51,751 nt of DNA, from the NCBI GenBank assembly GCA_964631415.1, contig CAZVZC010000009.1, positions 2,196 through 53,946 on the forward strand, given 5' to 3'. Both the position numbers and the translations under genes were made by a program. Positions 10,115 through 18,904 of the stretch are shown piece after piece (within the stretch, counting starts at the first letter, position 1; every line of letters begins with the position of its first letter). The notes under the pieces were generated by a model, which was not told the origin of the DNA, did no database searches, and worked only from the letters and a program-made list of their open reading frames with translations. The stretch comes from an uncultured archaeon (GTDB taxonomy: Archaea; Asgardarchaeota; Thorarchaeia; Thorarchaeales; Thorarchaeaceae).

Positions 10115-10168
10115 TTGGAGGAGCTCCTTTTTGACAGCAGCCCGGGCTGACCACATAAAGATGTTCTT

Positions 10169-11383
10169 CTACAACCGGGGACTGATGTACCGTGCAACTC
10201 TTAGCAATGCAATCATTGTACGAGGGTTGGCCAAGAGATCAGCAATAGTTGCGCCCTGCATGTCCATGTCTCCTCCTCTCTTCACGATGTCAGTAAGACT
10301 CAGTTCGTCTGCATTCTTCACAAGCGAATCTAGTCCCCGGTCCGAGAGAGAAGATATCGCCCGTTGAGCGAGATACATTGTCCTCAGTTGTCCCAGTAGA
10401 AGAGAGCGCCAGCTTGTTTCGTAGCGCCCCATAGAACTTGCAGAAGCATCCCTCTCGGAAATGGCAAGCGAAACTGTCTTGCCTGCAATCTTGCCACTGA
10501 TACCCCCGAATATTACGCCTCCGCCGGTCGTTGCCTTTACCATTCCGGCTGCGTCTCCAACAACGACAAGACCGGGCATGAACGTCTTCTTCGCAGGCAG
10601 ACCGACGAGGACTGTTCCCCCGATTCTTCGCAGTACGGATGCTCTCGCCAGCTTCCTACTGATAATGGGATGATGACGCACGACTGCCTCCAGTCGGGGC
10701 TTCGACTTGTAGTCAGATGCAAGACCGACTCTTACTCGGCCGTCGCCTAACGGGATGATCCAAGCGAAGAAACCAGGTGCCGTTTGTCTGCCGTAGTACA
10801 TCTCGACTATATCATCATCAACATCGGCTCCCTGAACCTCGTACTGGAATGCAGGATATTTGCTGTTCTTACGAATCGCTGGCAGCCCGACTGACGCTGA
10901 AAGTCTGCCCTGTGCTCCCTCAGCATTGACTGTCACGATTGCTGTCCGCTGTATCGCTACACCATCTTCGAGAGTTTCCACACCGACAACAGTGTCGTCA
11001 TGAGTCTTCAGTGCGCGCACCTTGGCTCCTGTGATGATAGATGCGTGTGCCTGTGCTGCTCGTTCGGCGAGCCACGCATCAAACTTGCGCCTGTCGACGA
11101 CGACTGCCTCATGACGACCACGTTCAACTAAGAGCGATCTGCCCGATGGAGCATAGATTCTCGCTGCATGTACAGTGTTTTGAATCACATTCTGGGGAGG
11201 TTTTAGCCCCAGACGCCTGAGCCCCGATAGACTGAGGAGCCCTGCACAGTGATCTGGCTCACCTACCTTTGGATGCTCTTCAAGCACAACCACGTCATGC
11301 CCATGAGCTGCGATTGTCGATGCTGTCAGCAGCCCTGCTGGCCCGGCGCCAATCACAATTGCATCGTGGTCGAGAGTCTTCAT
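10169..11383 (-). CDS. Geranylgeranyl reductase family FAD-dependent oxidoreductase
   Basis: GAGPAG; HCAGLLS; DRRKFDAWL; APGFFAWIIP; VGDAAGMVKATTGGG. Confidence 0.88.
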   Translation of the reverse strand: MKTLDHDAIVIGAGPAGLLTASTIAAHGHDVVVLEEHPKVGEPDHCAGLLSLSGLRRLGLKPPQNVIQNTVHAARIYAPSGRSLLVERGRHEAVVVDRRKFDAWLAERAAQAHASIITGAKVRALKTHDDTVVGVETLEDGVAIQRTAIVTVNAEGAQGRLSASVGLPAIRKNSKYPAFQYEVQGADVDDDIVEMYYGRQTAPGFFAWIIPLGDGRVRVGLASDYKSKPRLEAVVRHHPIISRKLARASVLRRIGGTVLVGLPAKKTFMPGLVVVGDAAGMVKATTGGGVIFGGISGKIAGKTVSLAISERDASASSMGRYETSWRSLLLGQLRTMYLAQRAISSLSDRGLDSLVKNADELSLTDIVKRGGDMDMQGATIADLLANPRTMIALLRVARYISPRL

Positions 11384-11449
11384 CCGTCTAGACGAGTGAA
11401 CTGCCACCTTTTTATCTGTCGTTTCACCTGACTGGCTTGTGACTACTGG

Positions 11450-11830
11450 ATGGCGGCCAGCACAGATCAGAGATCATTCAAGTACAAGCAAGTCATCGCG
11501 GTGCGAACCGACCTTGACATGAGTAGGGGCAAGATTGCAGTGCAGGTGGCACATGGTGCTGTGAGTGCTGCGGAACGCGCAAGGATGGTTCGCCATGAGA
11601 TATGGAAAGCATGGCTGGACGAGGGGCAGAAGAAGGTGGCTGTCAAGGTCGGATCTGAGAATGAGCTTCTTGAGCTAAGGCGATTGGCTGTTGCCAACAG
11701 GCTTCCAAATGCTCTGATTCGTGATGCTGGGATGACTGAGCTGCCCCCTGGCACAGTCACAGTGTTGGGGATAGGTCCCGGACCAGCGGTCGAAGTTGAT
11801 AAGGTGACTGGCAGTCTGAAACTGCTGTGA
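11450..11830 (+). CDS. pth2: Peptidyl-tRNA hydrolase Pth2
   Basis: KQVIAVRTDLDMSRGKIAVQVAHG; DAGMTELPPGTVTVLGIGP. Confidence 0.96.
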   Translation: MAASTDQRSFKYKQVIAVRTDLDMSRGKIAVQVAHGAVSAAERARMVRHEIWKAWLDEGQKKVAVKVGSENELLELRRLAVANRLPNALIRDAGMTELPPGTVTVLGIGPGPAVEVDKVTGSLKLL

Positions 11831-11840
11831 GGGACTCTGA

Positions 11841-13193
11841 ATGCTGCCCGCACATCCACTTGAACAGCAGGTGGGTATGGAGTTCTATTGCACTGATTCG
11901 CCCGGACTTGGAGGAAGACTCAGAGCAAGGTTCGAGGATTTCATCGTTGAAGAGATAACACCTGAAGGATCTGTCCTATCGCTGGGAAACTGGTCCAACG
12001 AAACGCTCTCAGAAGCACATTTGGCTGCCTCTGGAGCAGGCGAGCGTTCCAAGTACGTCAGGTTCACACTCCAAAAGATGGGGCTATCCACGCTTGATGC
12101 CGCAGGCATCATTGCCGCTGCTCTCAAGATTCCCAGATATCTCGTCACTTACGCTGGTCTGAAGGATAAGCGCGCCATGACAGTGCAAGCGATGTCGGTG
12201 CCAAAACAGGCGTCTGTAGCTCTGGGTGGTCTTCGCCTCTCAAGAATCGTGCTGAGAGATCCACAGTATGTCCGGCGTCCTGTACAAGTGGGTGACCTGT
12301 GGGGCAATCGTTTCACTGTGTTGTTGAAGGATATGACAGTTGATTGCAGCACAGGACGTGAGATGGCAGAGTCGCTCAAGGGGCGCCCGATATTGAACTA
12401 CTTCGGCATACAGCGTTTTGGTGTGACCCAGCCGTCCACACTCTTAGTTGGCAAGGCGCTCATAAAGAGGGACTATGAAGGCGCTGTTCGATCGATACTG
12501 GCAGCAGCAAGTGTCTTTGAGGACCACGAGTTCGCTGACCTAGGTGGAGAGTCGAGTCCAGATATAGAGATCACAGAGAGCATCCTTGACCGGGTTCCCA
12601 ATGGCTCAAGATACGAACGAAGCGTCATGCAGCATCTCGTCAAACACCCGGGCGACTATCAGAAAGCAATGACCAGAATTCCGCCACGCATCCTCACGAT
12701 CCTGGTTCACTCATATCAGAGCTACTTGTTCAATCGACTAATCAGTGAACGCGTGAAATCCGGTTTCTCGGTGGATCAGCCCGACATTGGGGATTTCATA
12801 ATCCAGTTGGACCAGACTCACTCAGGAAGAGACTCATGGCTGTATACGACTGAGAGGACTCTTGAGGAACGGCGGGCAATGGTACGTTCAGGCCGCTATG
12901 GCCTTGCAGCGCCGGTACCCGGATACTCTACGAAGCTGCCACCATCGAAGCAATCAGACTCCCTCAGGAGCATACTGAGTGATGAAGGGGTGGCTCCTGT
13001 GGACTTCAGAAACCCGGAGTCGAGAACACTGGACTCGCCCGGTGGCCTTCATCTTGTTTCAATCGAGCCCCTGAATCTCTGTACAGAGTGCACAGGCGAT
13101 GGTCTCAGGCTGCAGTTCAGCCTCAGAAAGGGCTCATATGCCACTGTCCTTCTCCGCGAGCTGATGAAGGGTGATCCCAAAGACTTGATCTAG
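11841..13193 (+). CDS. truD: tRNA pseudouridine(13) synthase TruD/Pus7
   Basis: EDFIVEEI; YAGLKDKRAMTVQ; GDLWGNRF; NYFGIQRFG; FSLRKGSYAT. Confidence 0.95.
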   Translation: MLPAHPLEQQVGMEFYCTDSPGLGGRLRARFEDFIVEEITPEGSVLSLGNWSNETLSEAHLAASGAGERSKYVRFTLQKMGLSTLDAAGIIAAALKIPRYLVTYAGLKDKRAMTVQAMSVPKQASVALGGLRLSRIVLRDPQYVRRPVQVGDLWGNRFTVLLKDMTVDCSTGREMAESLKGRPILNYFGIQRFGVTQPSTLLVGKALIKRDYEGAVRSILAAASVFEDHEFADLGGESSPDIEITESILDRVPNGSRYERSVMQHLVKHPGDYQKAMTRIPPRILTILVHSYQSYLFNRLISERVKSGFSVDQPDIGDFIIQLDQTHSGRDSWLYTTERTLEERRAMVRSGRYGLAAPVPGYSTKLPPSKQSDSLRSILSDEGVAPVDFRNPESRTLDSPGGLHLVSIEPLNLCTECTGDGLRLQFSLRKGSYATVLLRELMKGDPKDLI

Positions 13194-13774
13194 CGTTTCG
13201 GCTGCTTCTGCGTGAAGCTCTTCATTCTCTCCTCGAAGACATCAGATGGCTTCTTCTCTGTCTTCTTGGGCTCCTCCTGATACTGGAACAAAACCGATTC
13301 TCCCACTGCTGCTGACACTATTTGTCTGAGATCTTCAAGAGAGTATGGAATCTTAGACCTGTCCTCTGATCGCAGCACGACTATGTTCTCTCTGGTCCTG
13401 TCGGGCAGGAAGAGATTGTTGATACCAAGTTCGATTGCAGGGTGTATCAGTTCTTTGACTACGCTGCGTAGACTCACTGGGCCCTCGATTATCAGGACGC
13501 TTCCAAACGTCTTGCTCATCTCGTCTATCAGCTCCTTCTCAGAGAGCAGAAGGTTTCTCCCCTTCTTTTTGACAATTAGAACGAGTCTGTCTGCCACATT
13601 CAGTGCCCGCAAAAGGCTGAGGTCCCCGATAGCTGGGAACTGCTTCTGACGTTCTAAGAGCCACTTGCAGAAGTCCACATCGAACTGTGTTATCTCGCCC
13701 TTGTCCAGCTTCTCTTGGCAACTAGGACAGAGCATGTCAGACTCGATGTCGAATACACAAACCGGCAGACGCAT
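13190..13774 (-). CDS. Archaeal NusA-like protein with N-terminal Zn-binding motif
   Basis: MRLPVCVFDIESDMLCPSCQEKLDKGEITQFDVD resembles the archaeal NusA-paralog family usually found near truD/alba. Confidence 0.7.
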   Translation of the reverse strand: MRLPVCVFDIESDMLCPSCQEKLDKGEITQFDVDFCKWLLERQKQFPAIGDLSLLRALNVADRLVLIVKKKGRNLLLSEKELIDEMSKTFGSVLIIEGPVSLRSVVKELIHPAIELGINNLFLPDRTRENIVVLRSEDRSKIPYSLEDLRQIVSAAVGESVLFQYQEEPKKTEKKPSDVFEERMKSFTQKQPKR

Positions 13775-13849
13775 CCATGCAATCCCTCGCCTCTAGAGCG
13801 CTAGTGATGGCCAAGCTCCGGGCGAGATTGCATATCAAAGCATACACGA

Positions 13850-14170
13850 TTATCGCGCGAGAGTTATGTCTATTGTGGACACATTCAGGTCGCTACCCTT
13901 GTCTGTTTGGACTGCGGTAGTCCCAATCGTGATGTTCTTGACGTGAACATCGGGGATGAACCTGTGACGCGTTATCTCTGCGACGTCCACAGCCCTGCTG
14001 ATCAGTCGTCCCCTTGCTTTAATCACAACCTCTGACGCTCCTTTGTTGAAGAGGGTAACGCAGGCCAAGACATAGCTCATGACGTTTTTCGCACCAACCA
14101 GTATGGTTGATTCGGGCTTGCCCTTGGTAACTGACCTGCTATCTACCTTCTCCTCTGCCACCCGAAGCAT
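13850..14170 (-). CDS. albA: DNA/RNA-binding protein Alba
   Basis: [14 protein letters not shown]; [18 protein letters not shown]; NVSTIDITL. Start may be GTG 14161. Confidence 0.95.
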   Translation of the reverse strand: MLRVAEEKVDSRSVTKGKPESTILVGAKNVMSYVLACVTLFNKGASEVVIKARGRLISRAVDVAEITRHRFIPDVHVKNITIGTTAVQTDKGSDLNVSTIDITLAR

Positions 14171-14491
14171 CTCCACCAGCTGTCACTCGTTCAGGCATAG
14201 GCACGAAGCCAAGTGCTTCTAATATTGGTTTCGATTGTCATCGGAGCCTGCACGAGGAAATCTCCCATCCACAGACCAGGGCTGTTCCTTTGTCTGATTC
14301 TACGGATATTGGAGGCTTGACAGAGAACAAAGACTGTGCGGCAACAACGCATGCCCAATCTGCCAGTACCATGGTAGATGGTTGCCCGGTAAGGCCCCAC
14401 AGCTGCCCTTCCAATCACCTTCGATAATCAAGCTGTCCTTTAGCAAGGCTTTTCTTCAACACCTCGGGCCCTGATGTGGAAGTTCTATGCC

Positions 14492-15757
14492 ATGGCGAAA
14501 CTGACCTTTCTCGGCTCTTGCAGGGAAATAGGGCGTTCAGGTTTCTGTCTAGAGGAGCACGGTGAGAGCGTTCTGGTGGATCATGGTGTCAAGTTCCTCG
14601 ACAACCCTGTGTTTCCACAACGCATTCCAACAGCTGGGCTTCAGGGGGTCGCTCTCACTCATGCGCATCTAGATCACTCTGGTGGAATACCACTGATTCT
14701 CGGACGGGACGACGTTTCACTGTTCTGCACTCCGGCCACGCGTGACCTGAGCACTCTACTGATTGAAGACATGTTCCAAATCGCCAAGGCCCGGCTTCCC
14801 TTTGCTCACAGGGACATAGCCCTTGTTCATCGTCGGTGTCAATCAACATCATACGAAGAAACAATCCCTCTGGGCCGCCAGTTCGAACTCACACTATTCA
14901 ATGCGGGTCACATTCCCGGTAGCGCAATGGTTTCAGTCAGAGCAAATGGCAAGAGGATACTCTTCACAGGCGACTTCAACTCCATTGAAACGCAGCTGAA
15001 CGCCGGGGCGAGGAAGAACCTGCCAAAGCATGACATTGTCGTGACCGAGAGCACATATTCTCAGCGACTCAATGCAAAGAGAGAGGAGATTGAGGCCGAG
15101 TTCATCCAGTCGGTCCTCGAAACCTTGGAACGCGGAGGAACCGTTCTCATACCTGCGTTCGCTGTAGGACGTAGCCAAGAGATCATGTGCATATTCGAGA
15201 AGTGTAACCTGCCTCAGAAGTACGCAGTTTATGTCGACGGATTGGCCAGAATGGTGAATGAGGTCGTAGTCAAGCACCCTGGATACATAGCTTCACCCCA
15301 GTCATTTGAGAGGGCAGTCAAGAGGACACAGAGCATAGTCAGTGACAAGGATCGCCTACGGGCTGTCAAGGACGGTGGTGTAATCATATCGCCCGCAGGG
15401 ATGCTCAAAGGTGGCCCCTCTCATATGTACTTCAAGATGCTGCATGATGACAGCAAGAACTCAATAGTCTTGGTGAGCTTCCAGATACCCGGCACTCCCG
15501 GCGCAGAATTGCTTGCAAAGAAGAAAATGACAGTAGGCAACAGAACATTCGACGTGGCAGCAGATGTCAGATTTCACCACTTGAGCAGTCATTCAGACTC
15601 CGCAGGACTGATGGACGTGCTCGAGAAGATTCCTGGTGACCCACAGTTCTACTGTGTCCATGGTGAATCAGACTCATGTGACGCTCTGGCCAAGAAACTT
15701 AGCGACATTGGCAGACAAGCACATGTCCCTGAGCTGAATGAATCAATTGAGTTCTAG
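14492..15757 (+). CDS. Beta-CASP metallo-beta-lactamase ribonuclease lacking KH domains (aCPSF2-like)
   Basis: FLGSCREIGRS; THAHLDHSG; NAGHIPGS; FTGD; TESTY; PAFAVGRSQE; SSHSD; VHGE. Confidence 0.88.
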   Translation: MAKLTFLGSCREIGRSGFCLEEHGESVLVDHGVKFLDNPVFPQRIPTAGLQGVALTHAHLDHSGGIPLILGRDDVSLFCTPATRDLSTLLIEDMFQIAKARLPFAHRDIALVHRRCQSTSYEETIPLGRQFELTLFNAGHIPGSAMVSVRANGKRILFTGDFNSIETQLNAGARKNLPKHDIVVTESTYSQRLNAKREEIEAEFIQSVLETLERGGTVLIPAFAVGRSQEIMCIFEKCNLPQKYAVYVDGLARMVNEVVVKHPGYIASPQSFERAVKRTQSIVSDKDRLRAVKDGGVIISPAGMLKGGPSHMYFKMLHDDSKNSIVLVSFQIPGTPGAELLAKKKMTVGNRTFDVAADVRFHHLSSHSDSAGLMDVLEKIPGDPQFYCVHGESDSCDALAKKLSDIGRQAHVPELNESIEF

Positions 15758-15763
15758 TAGACA

Positions 15764-15976
15764 CTACTCTTCTGCCTTGGGCTTTGCCTCAACAACTTGG
15801 CACTTCACCTGTTGGAGGATAGTTTCGGCCTGCTGTGGCTCAACAATCAGTGTGTACAGGTATCTCCCCGTCCGGAGCTTCAGCTTGACCTGATCACTGC
15901 TCCTCTTCACGCGACACTCGGTCGCGCTCTCGGTCATCTCAAGGAACTTCGCCACATCAGTTATCTGTTTCGGCAT
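15764..15976 (-). CDS. rpl38e: 50S ribosomal protein eL38
   Basis: From ATG 15976: MPKQITDVAKFLE...RVKRSSDQVKLKLRTGRYLYTL matches the eL38 pattern (MPxxI...VKxKxRxxRYLYTL). Confidence 0.9.
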   Translation of the reverse strand: MPKQITDVAKFLEMTESATECRVKRSSDQVKLKLRTGRYLYTLIVEPQQAETILQQVKCQVVEAKPKAEE

Positions 15977-16302
15977 TTGTAGGCCTCTGATTGCATTCTT
16001 CTGAGCCGTGACTAGGAGCGACTCCGCTCGCTCCTCCCTTTCGGAGTTTCCCATGGCATTCACATTATAAGAATGTCGGAATGTGATGCTAGACTCATAC
16101 AGAAACCTGAGGCCTAGTACATTGTGGTAGACCTGTCAATGCTGTCAGTTGCTGTTGGAGCGATTCAGAAACGGGACGGTAACTCCGCTCCACTCGAGTT
16201 GTCAATGTGCAGGCCAATGTAGTCAGATTAGCGCAATACCATGTGCTACGTGTGTCCACGTTCTTCATCTTCTGCCGTGGTCGAACAACCAAGCAGGGTC
16301 AA

Positions 16303-16444
16303 TGGTGGGCAGGAGGGGATTTTCTACGCACAGGGTGGTCCTGCGCTGTTCTCGAACCCCCGACAAAGGCGGGCAGACCCATATGCGAGCAGCTGCCTTC
16401 CGCCGTGTGAAGGCGGTATCATAACCGGACTAGATCACCTGCCC
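16303..16444 (-). tRNA. tRNA-Val(CAC) with two non-canonical introns (33 nt at 44/45, 16366-16398; 31 nt at 59/60, 16320-16350) and encoded CCA
   Basis: Minus strand: acceptor GGGCAGG/CCTGCCC-A-CCA, anticodon arm CCGCC-TTCACAC-GGCGG, T-stem GGGGG/CCCCT. Removing the two BHB-like introns restores variable loop ATGTC and T-loop TTCGAGT, giving a 78-nt tRNA. Confidence 0.92.
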
Positions 16445-16468
16445 TTGGCCGACGGGGAGGCCTGTTAC

Positions 16469-16476
16469 ATATTTAA
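16469..16476 (-). promoter_or_regulatory. TATA box of tRNA-Val
   Basis: TTAAATAT on the minus strand, about 24 nt upstream of the tRNA 5' end. Confidence 0.6.
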
Positions 16477-16547
16477 GAATGATGGCCGGGCGACGAAGAA
16501 CCATTAGATAACCGGTTAGATTAGTGATGGCACTGCATCAGAGGAAA

Positions 16548-16706
16548 CTACTTCTTTCCACGTCTCTTGGGCCTGAGATCGTCGGACTTGCACTTCCTGC
16601 ACTTCTTGGCCTTGAGGGGGTTGGTTGCACCGCAGTAGCGGCACACAGACTTGTACAGCAGATAGTGCTGAGCCAGTCTGCGCTTCTCGATGTCAGATAT
16701 GGGCAT
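16548..16706 (-). CDS. rpl40e: 50S ribosomal protein eL40
   Basis: Below the ORF-track cutoff; hand translation MPISDIEKRRLAQHYLLYKSVCRYCGATNPLKAKKCRKCKSDDLRPKRRGKK (CxxCGAxN...CRKC...LRPK). Confidence 0.95.
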   Translation of the reverse strand: MPISDIEKRRLAQHYLLYKSVCRYCGATNPLKAKKCRKCKSDDLRPKRRGKK

Positions 16707-16808
16707 GTCAAGGTCCTCATTAAGTGCTTGACGGACTAAGGTTTCCCATGAGCCCGCTCAGGCTCCGGAGCGTGGTTGTGTTTTAAAAGTTATGCTCCAA
16801 ACACAGCA

Positions 16809-17681
16809 CTACTTCAAGGCCTTTCTGAGTAGCTCGGCGACCTGACTGGGTCTCTCTGCAACAGCGACACCTGCATCCTTCAACGCTTTGATTTTCGCTT
16901 CTGCCGTACCCGTACTTCCACTGATGATGGCTCCTGCATGACCCATCCTCTTCCCGGGAGGTGCTGTCCTACCTGCAATGAAAGCGACCACTGGCAGGTC
17001 AAACCCCTTTGAAACGTATGAAGCAGCACGTTCCTCTGCGTTTCCGCCAATCTCCCCCACTAGGACAACTGCCTTTGTTGCCCTGTCGTTCTTGAACAGC
17101 TTTAGACCTTCCGTGGGCGTCAGCCCGACACATGGGTCTCCACCCAACCCAATCGCTGTCGAGATTCCAATCCCGGCTAGTGTCATTCCGGCGGCGATCT
17201 CATAGGTCAGTGTTCCACTGCGTGACATGAGCCCCACATTGCCGGGAGAGAACACATGACCGGGCATTATCCCGACCTTCTGCTTCGCGCTTGGAGTTAT
17301 TATTCCTGGCGTATTGGGGCCAATGATGGTGATACCCTTCTGGGCTGCTACGTGGATGACCCTGATCTCATCCTTCACAGGGAGGTGCTCTGTAATCACT
17401 ACCACTGGGTTGAGGCCTTCTGATATGGCCTCAAGGGCAGCGTCAGCTGCGTAGGCAGCAGGAATGAAGATTATCGACGCTGTTGCATCATGTTCTCGCT
17501 TTGCCTCTCTCACCGTGTCGTACACGGGTACGCCGTTCACATCAGTGCCACTCTTGCCAGGCGACGTACCAGCTACAATCTTCGTCCCATACTTCAGCAT
17601 TGAAGCAGTATGAAATGTCCCCTGCGAACCAGTGATGCCCTGCACTATCACTCTCGTCTTCTTATCTACTAGGACCACCAT
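16809..17681 (-). CDS. sucD: Succinyl-CoA synthetase alpha subunit
   Basis: VQGITG; IIGPNTPG; SRSGTLTYE; GEIGG; PPGKRMGHAGAI. Confidence 0.95.
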   Translation of the reverse strand: MVVLVDKKTRVIVQGITGSQGTFHTASMLKYGTKIVAGTSPGKSGTDVNGVPVYDTVREAKREHDATASIIFIPAAYAADAALEAISEGLNPVVVITEHLPVKDEIRVIHVAAQKGITIIGPNTPGIITPSAKQKVGIMPGHVFSPGNVGLMSRSGTLTYEIAAGMTLAGIGISTAIGLGGDPCVGLTPTEGLKLFKNDRATKAVVLVGEIGGNAEERAASYVSKGFDLPVVAFIAGRTAPPGKRMGHAGAIISGSTGTAEAKIKALKDAGVAVAERPSQVAELLRKALK

Positions 17682-18827
17682 CTACGTCGCCTCCTTCGCC
17701 AACTGAACCACACGCTCAGCAGCCTCCTCCATGGTTTTCAAGAATGGAATGCCGGCCTTGTTAAGTATCTCCTGCCCCTGCTCCTCATTGGTGCCTACCA
17801 TCCTTATCACTGTGGGAACTCTCAGTCCTTTTTCTTCGCGCGCACCGACTATGCCTTTGGCGACTTCATCGCATCTTGTTATGCCGCCCATGATATTAAC
17901 GAGGACTGCCTTCACCTTGGGATACATTAGCGCAATCTCAATGCCCTTCTTGACTCGTTCAGCATCGGCTCCGCCTCCTAGATCTAGGAACGTGCTGGCC
18001 TTTCCTCCATGCAGGGCTACTGCGTCTAAGGTGGCCATGGTCAGTCCTGCACCATTGCATATACATGCTATGTCACCATCGAGTTCAACATAGGCCATGT
18101 CGTGTTCGGCCGCGAGTTTCTCTCTTGCGTTCTGCTCGATGGGTTCCCTTCTCAGTCCGTCTGTCAGCTTCTTGTGACGGTACAATGCGCTGTCGTCCAC
18201 GTTGAGTCGTGCGTCCGCAGCCAACAGTCGTCCATCCTTTGTGAGAACGAGCGGGTTAATCTCGGTCAGTTCAGCATCGTAAGAGTCTGCAACATTCCAC
18301 AGACTGAGAATCATACTCGTCAGGGTGCTCATCGTTTTGCCCTTGAAGCCCATGGCAACGGCCATCTCACGTGCCTCGTATGTCTGAAACCCTAACAGCG
18401 GGTCAACATACATCTTGATTATCTTCTCAGGGCTCTGAACGGCGAGCTCTTCGATGGACATCCCGCCAGCCGAGCTCCCGATGATCACATACTTGCGTTC
18501 GTTCCGGTCCACAGTGACTCCAAGGTAGATTTCCTGTTGGATGTCCAACTTCTCTTCCACGAGTACTGCCTCAACAGGCATGTCATTGATCCTCATAGCC
18601 AGTATCTCTCTAGCCGCGTTCTCAGCCTCGTCTGGAGTGTTGGCGAACTTTATTCCTCCTGCTTTGCCTCTCTTTCCTGCCAACACTTGTGCTTTGACCG
18701 CGACTGGCTTGCCAATCTCTCTCGCTCGTGTCTTCGCTTCTTCGGGAGTCTTAGCCACGTTTCCCGGCGGTGTTGTTAGGTTGAAGGCACGGAAAATTTC
18801 CTTTGCTTCCATTTCGAGGAGCTTCAT
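17682..18827 (-). CDS. sucC: Succinyl-CoA synthetase beta subunit
   Basis: Start MKLLEMEAK at 18827; KAQVLAGKRGKAGGI; EINPL; NGAGLTMATLD; NIMGGITRCD. Confidence 0.95.
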   Translation of the reverse strand: MKLLEMEAKEIFRAFNLTTPPGNVAKTPEEAKTRAREIGKPVAVKAQVLAGKRGKAGGIKFANTPDEAENAAREILAMRINDMPVEAVLVEEKLDIQQEIYLGVTVDRNERKYVIIGSSAGGMSIEELAVQSPEKIIKMYVDPLLGFQTYEAREMAVAMGFKGKTMSTLTSMILSLWNVADSYDAELTEINPLVLTKDGRLLAADARLNVDDSALYRHKKLTDGLRREPIEQNAREKLAAEHDMAYVELDGDIACICNGAGLTMATLDAVALHGGKASTFLDLGGGADAERVKKGIEIALMYPKVKAVLVNIMGGITRCDEVAKGIVGAREEKGLRVPTVIRMVGTNEEQGQEILNKAGIPFLKTMEEAAERVVQLAKEAT

Positions 18828-18904
18828 AGGTTCCACCACGCACTGAGAAGGTAGAACAGCCACCTTCCCGGACACCACCGGTCCAATGTCTTGGAGTAAA
18901 AAAC

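Noticed and set aside
14177-14470. C/D-box sRNA or 75-aa ORF upstream of alba
   Set aside because: Only a degenerate C box and a CTGA, with no convincing C'/D' boxes or identifiable target; the ORF has no recognisable features.
16090-16302. Integrated element or att site downstream of tRNA-Val
   Set aside because: No integrase, and I saw no duplicate of the tRNA 3' end elsewhere in the window.
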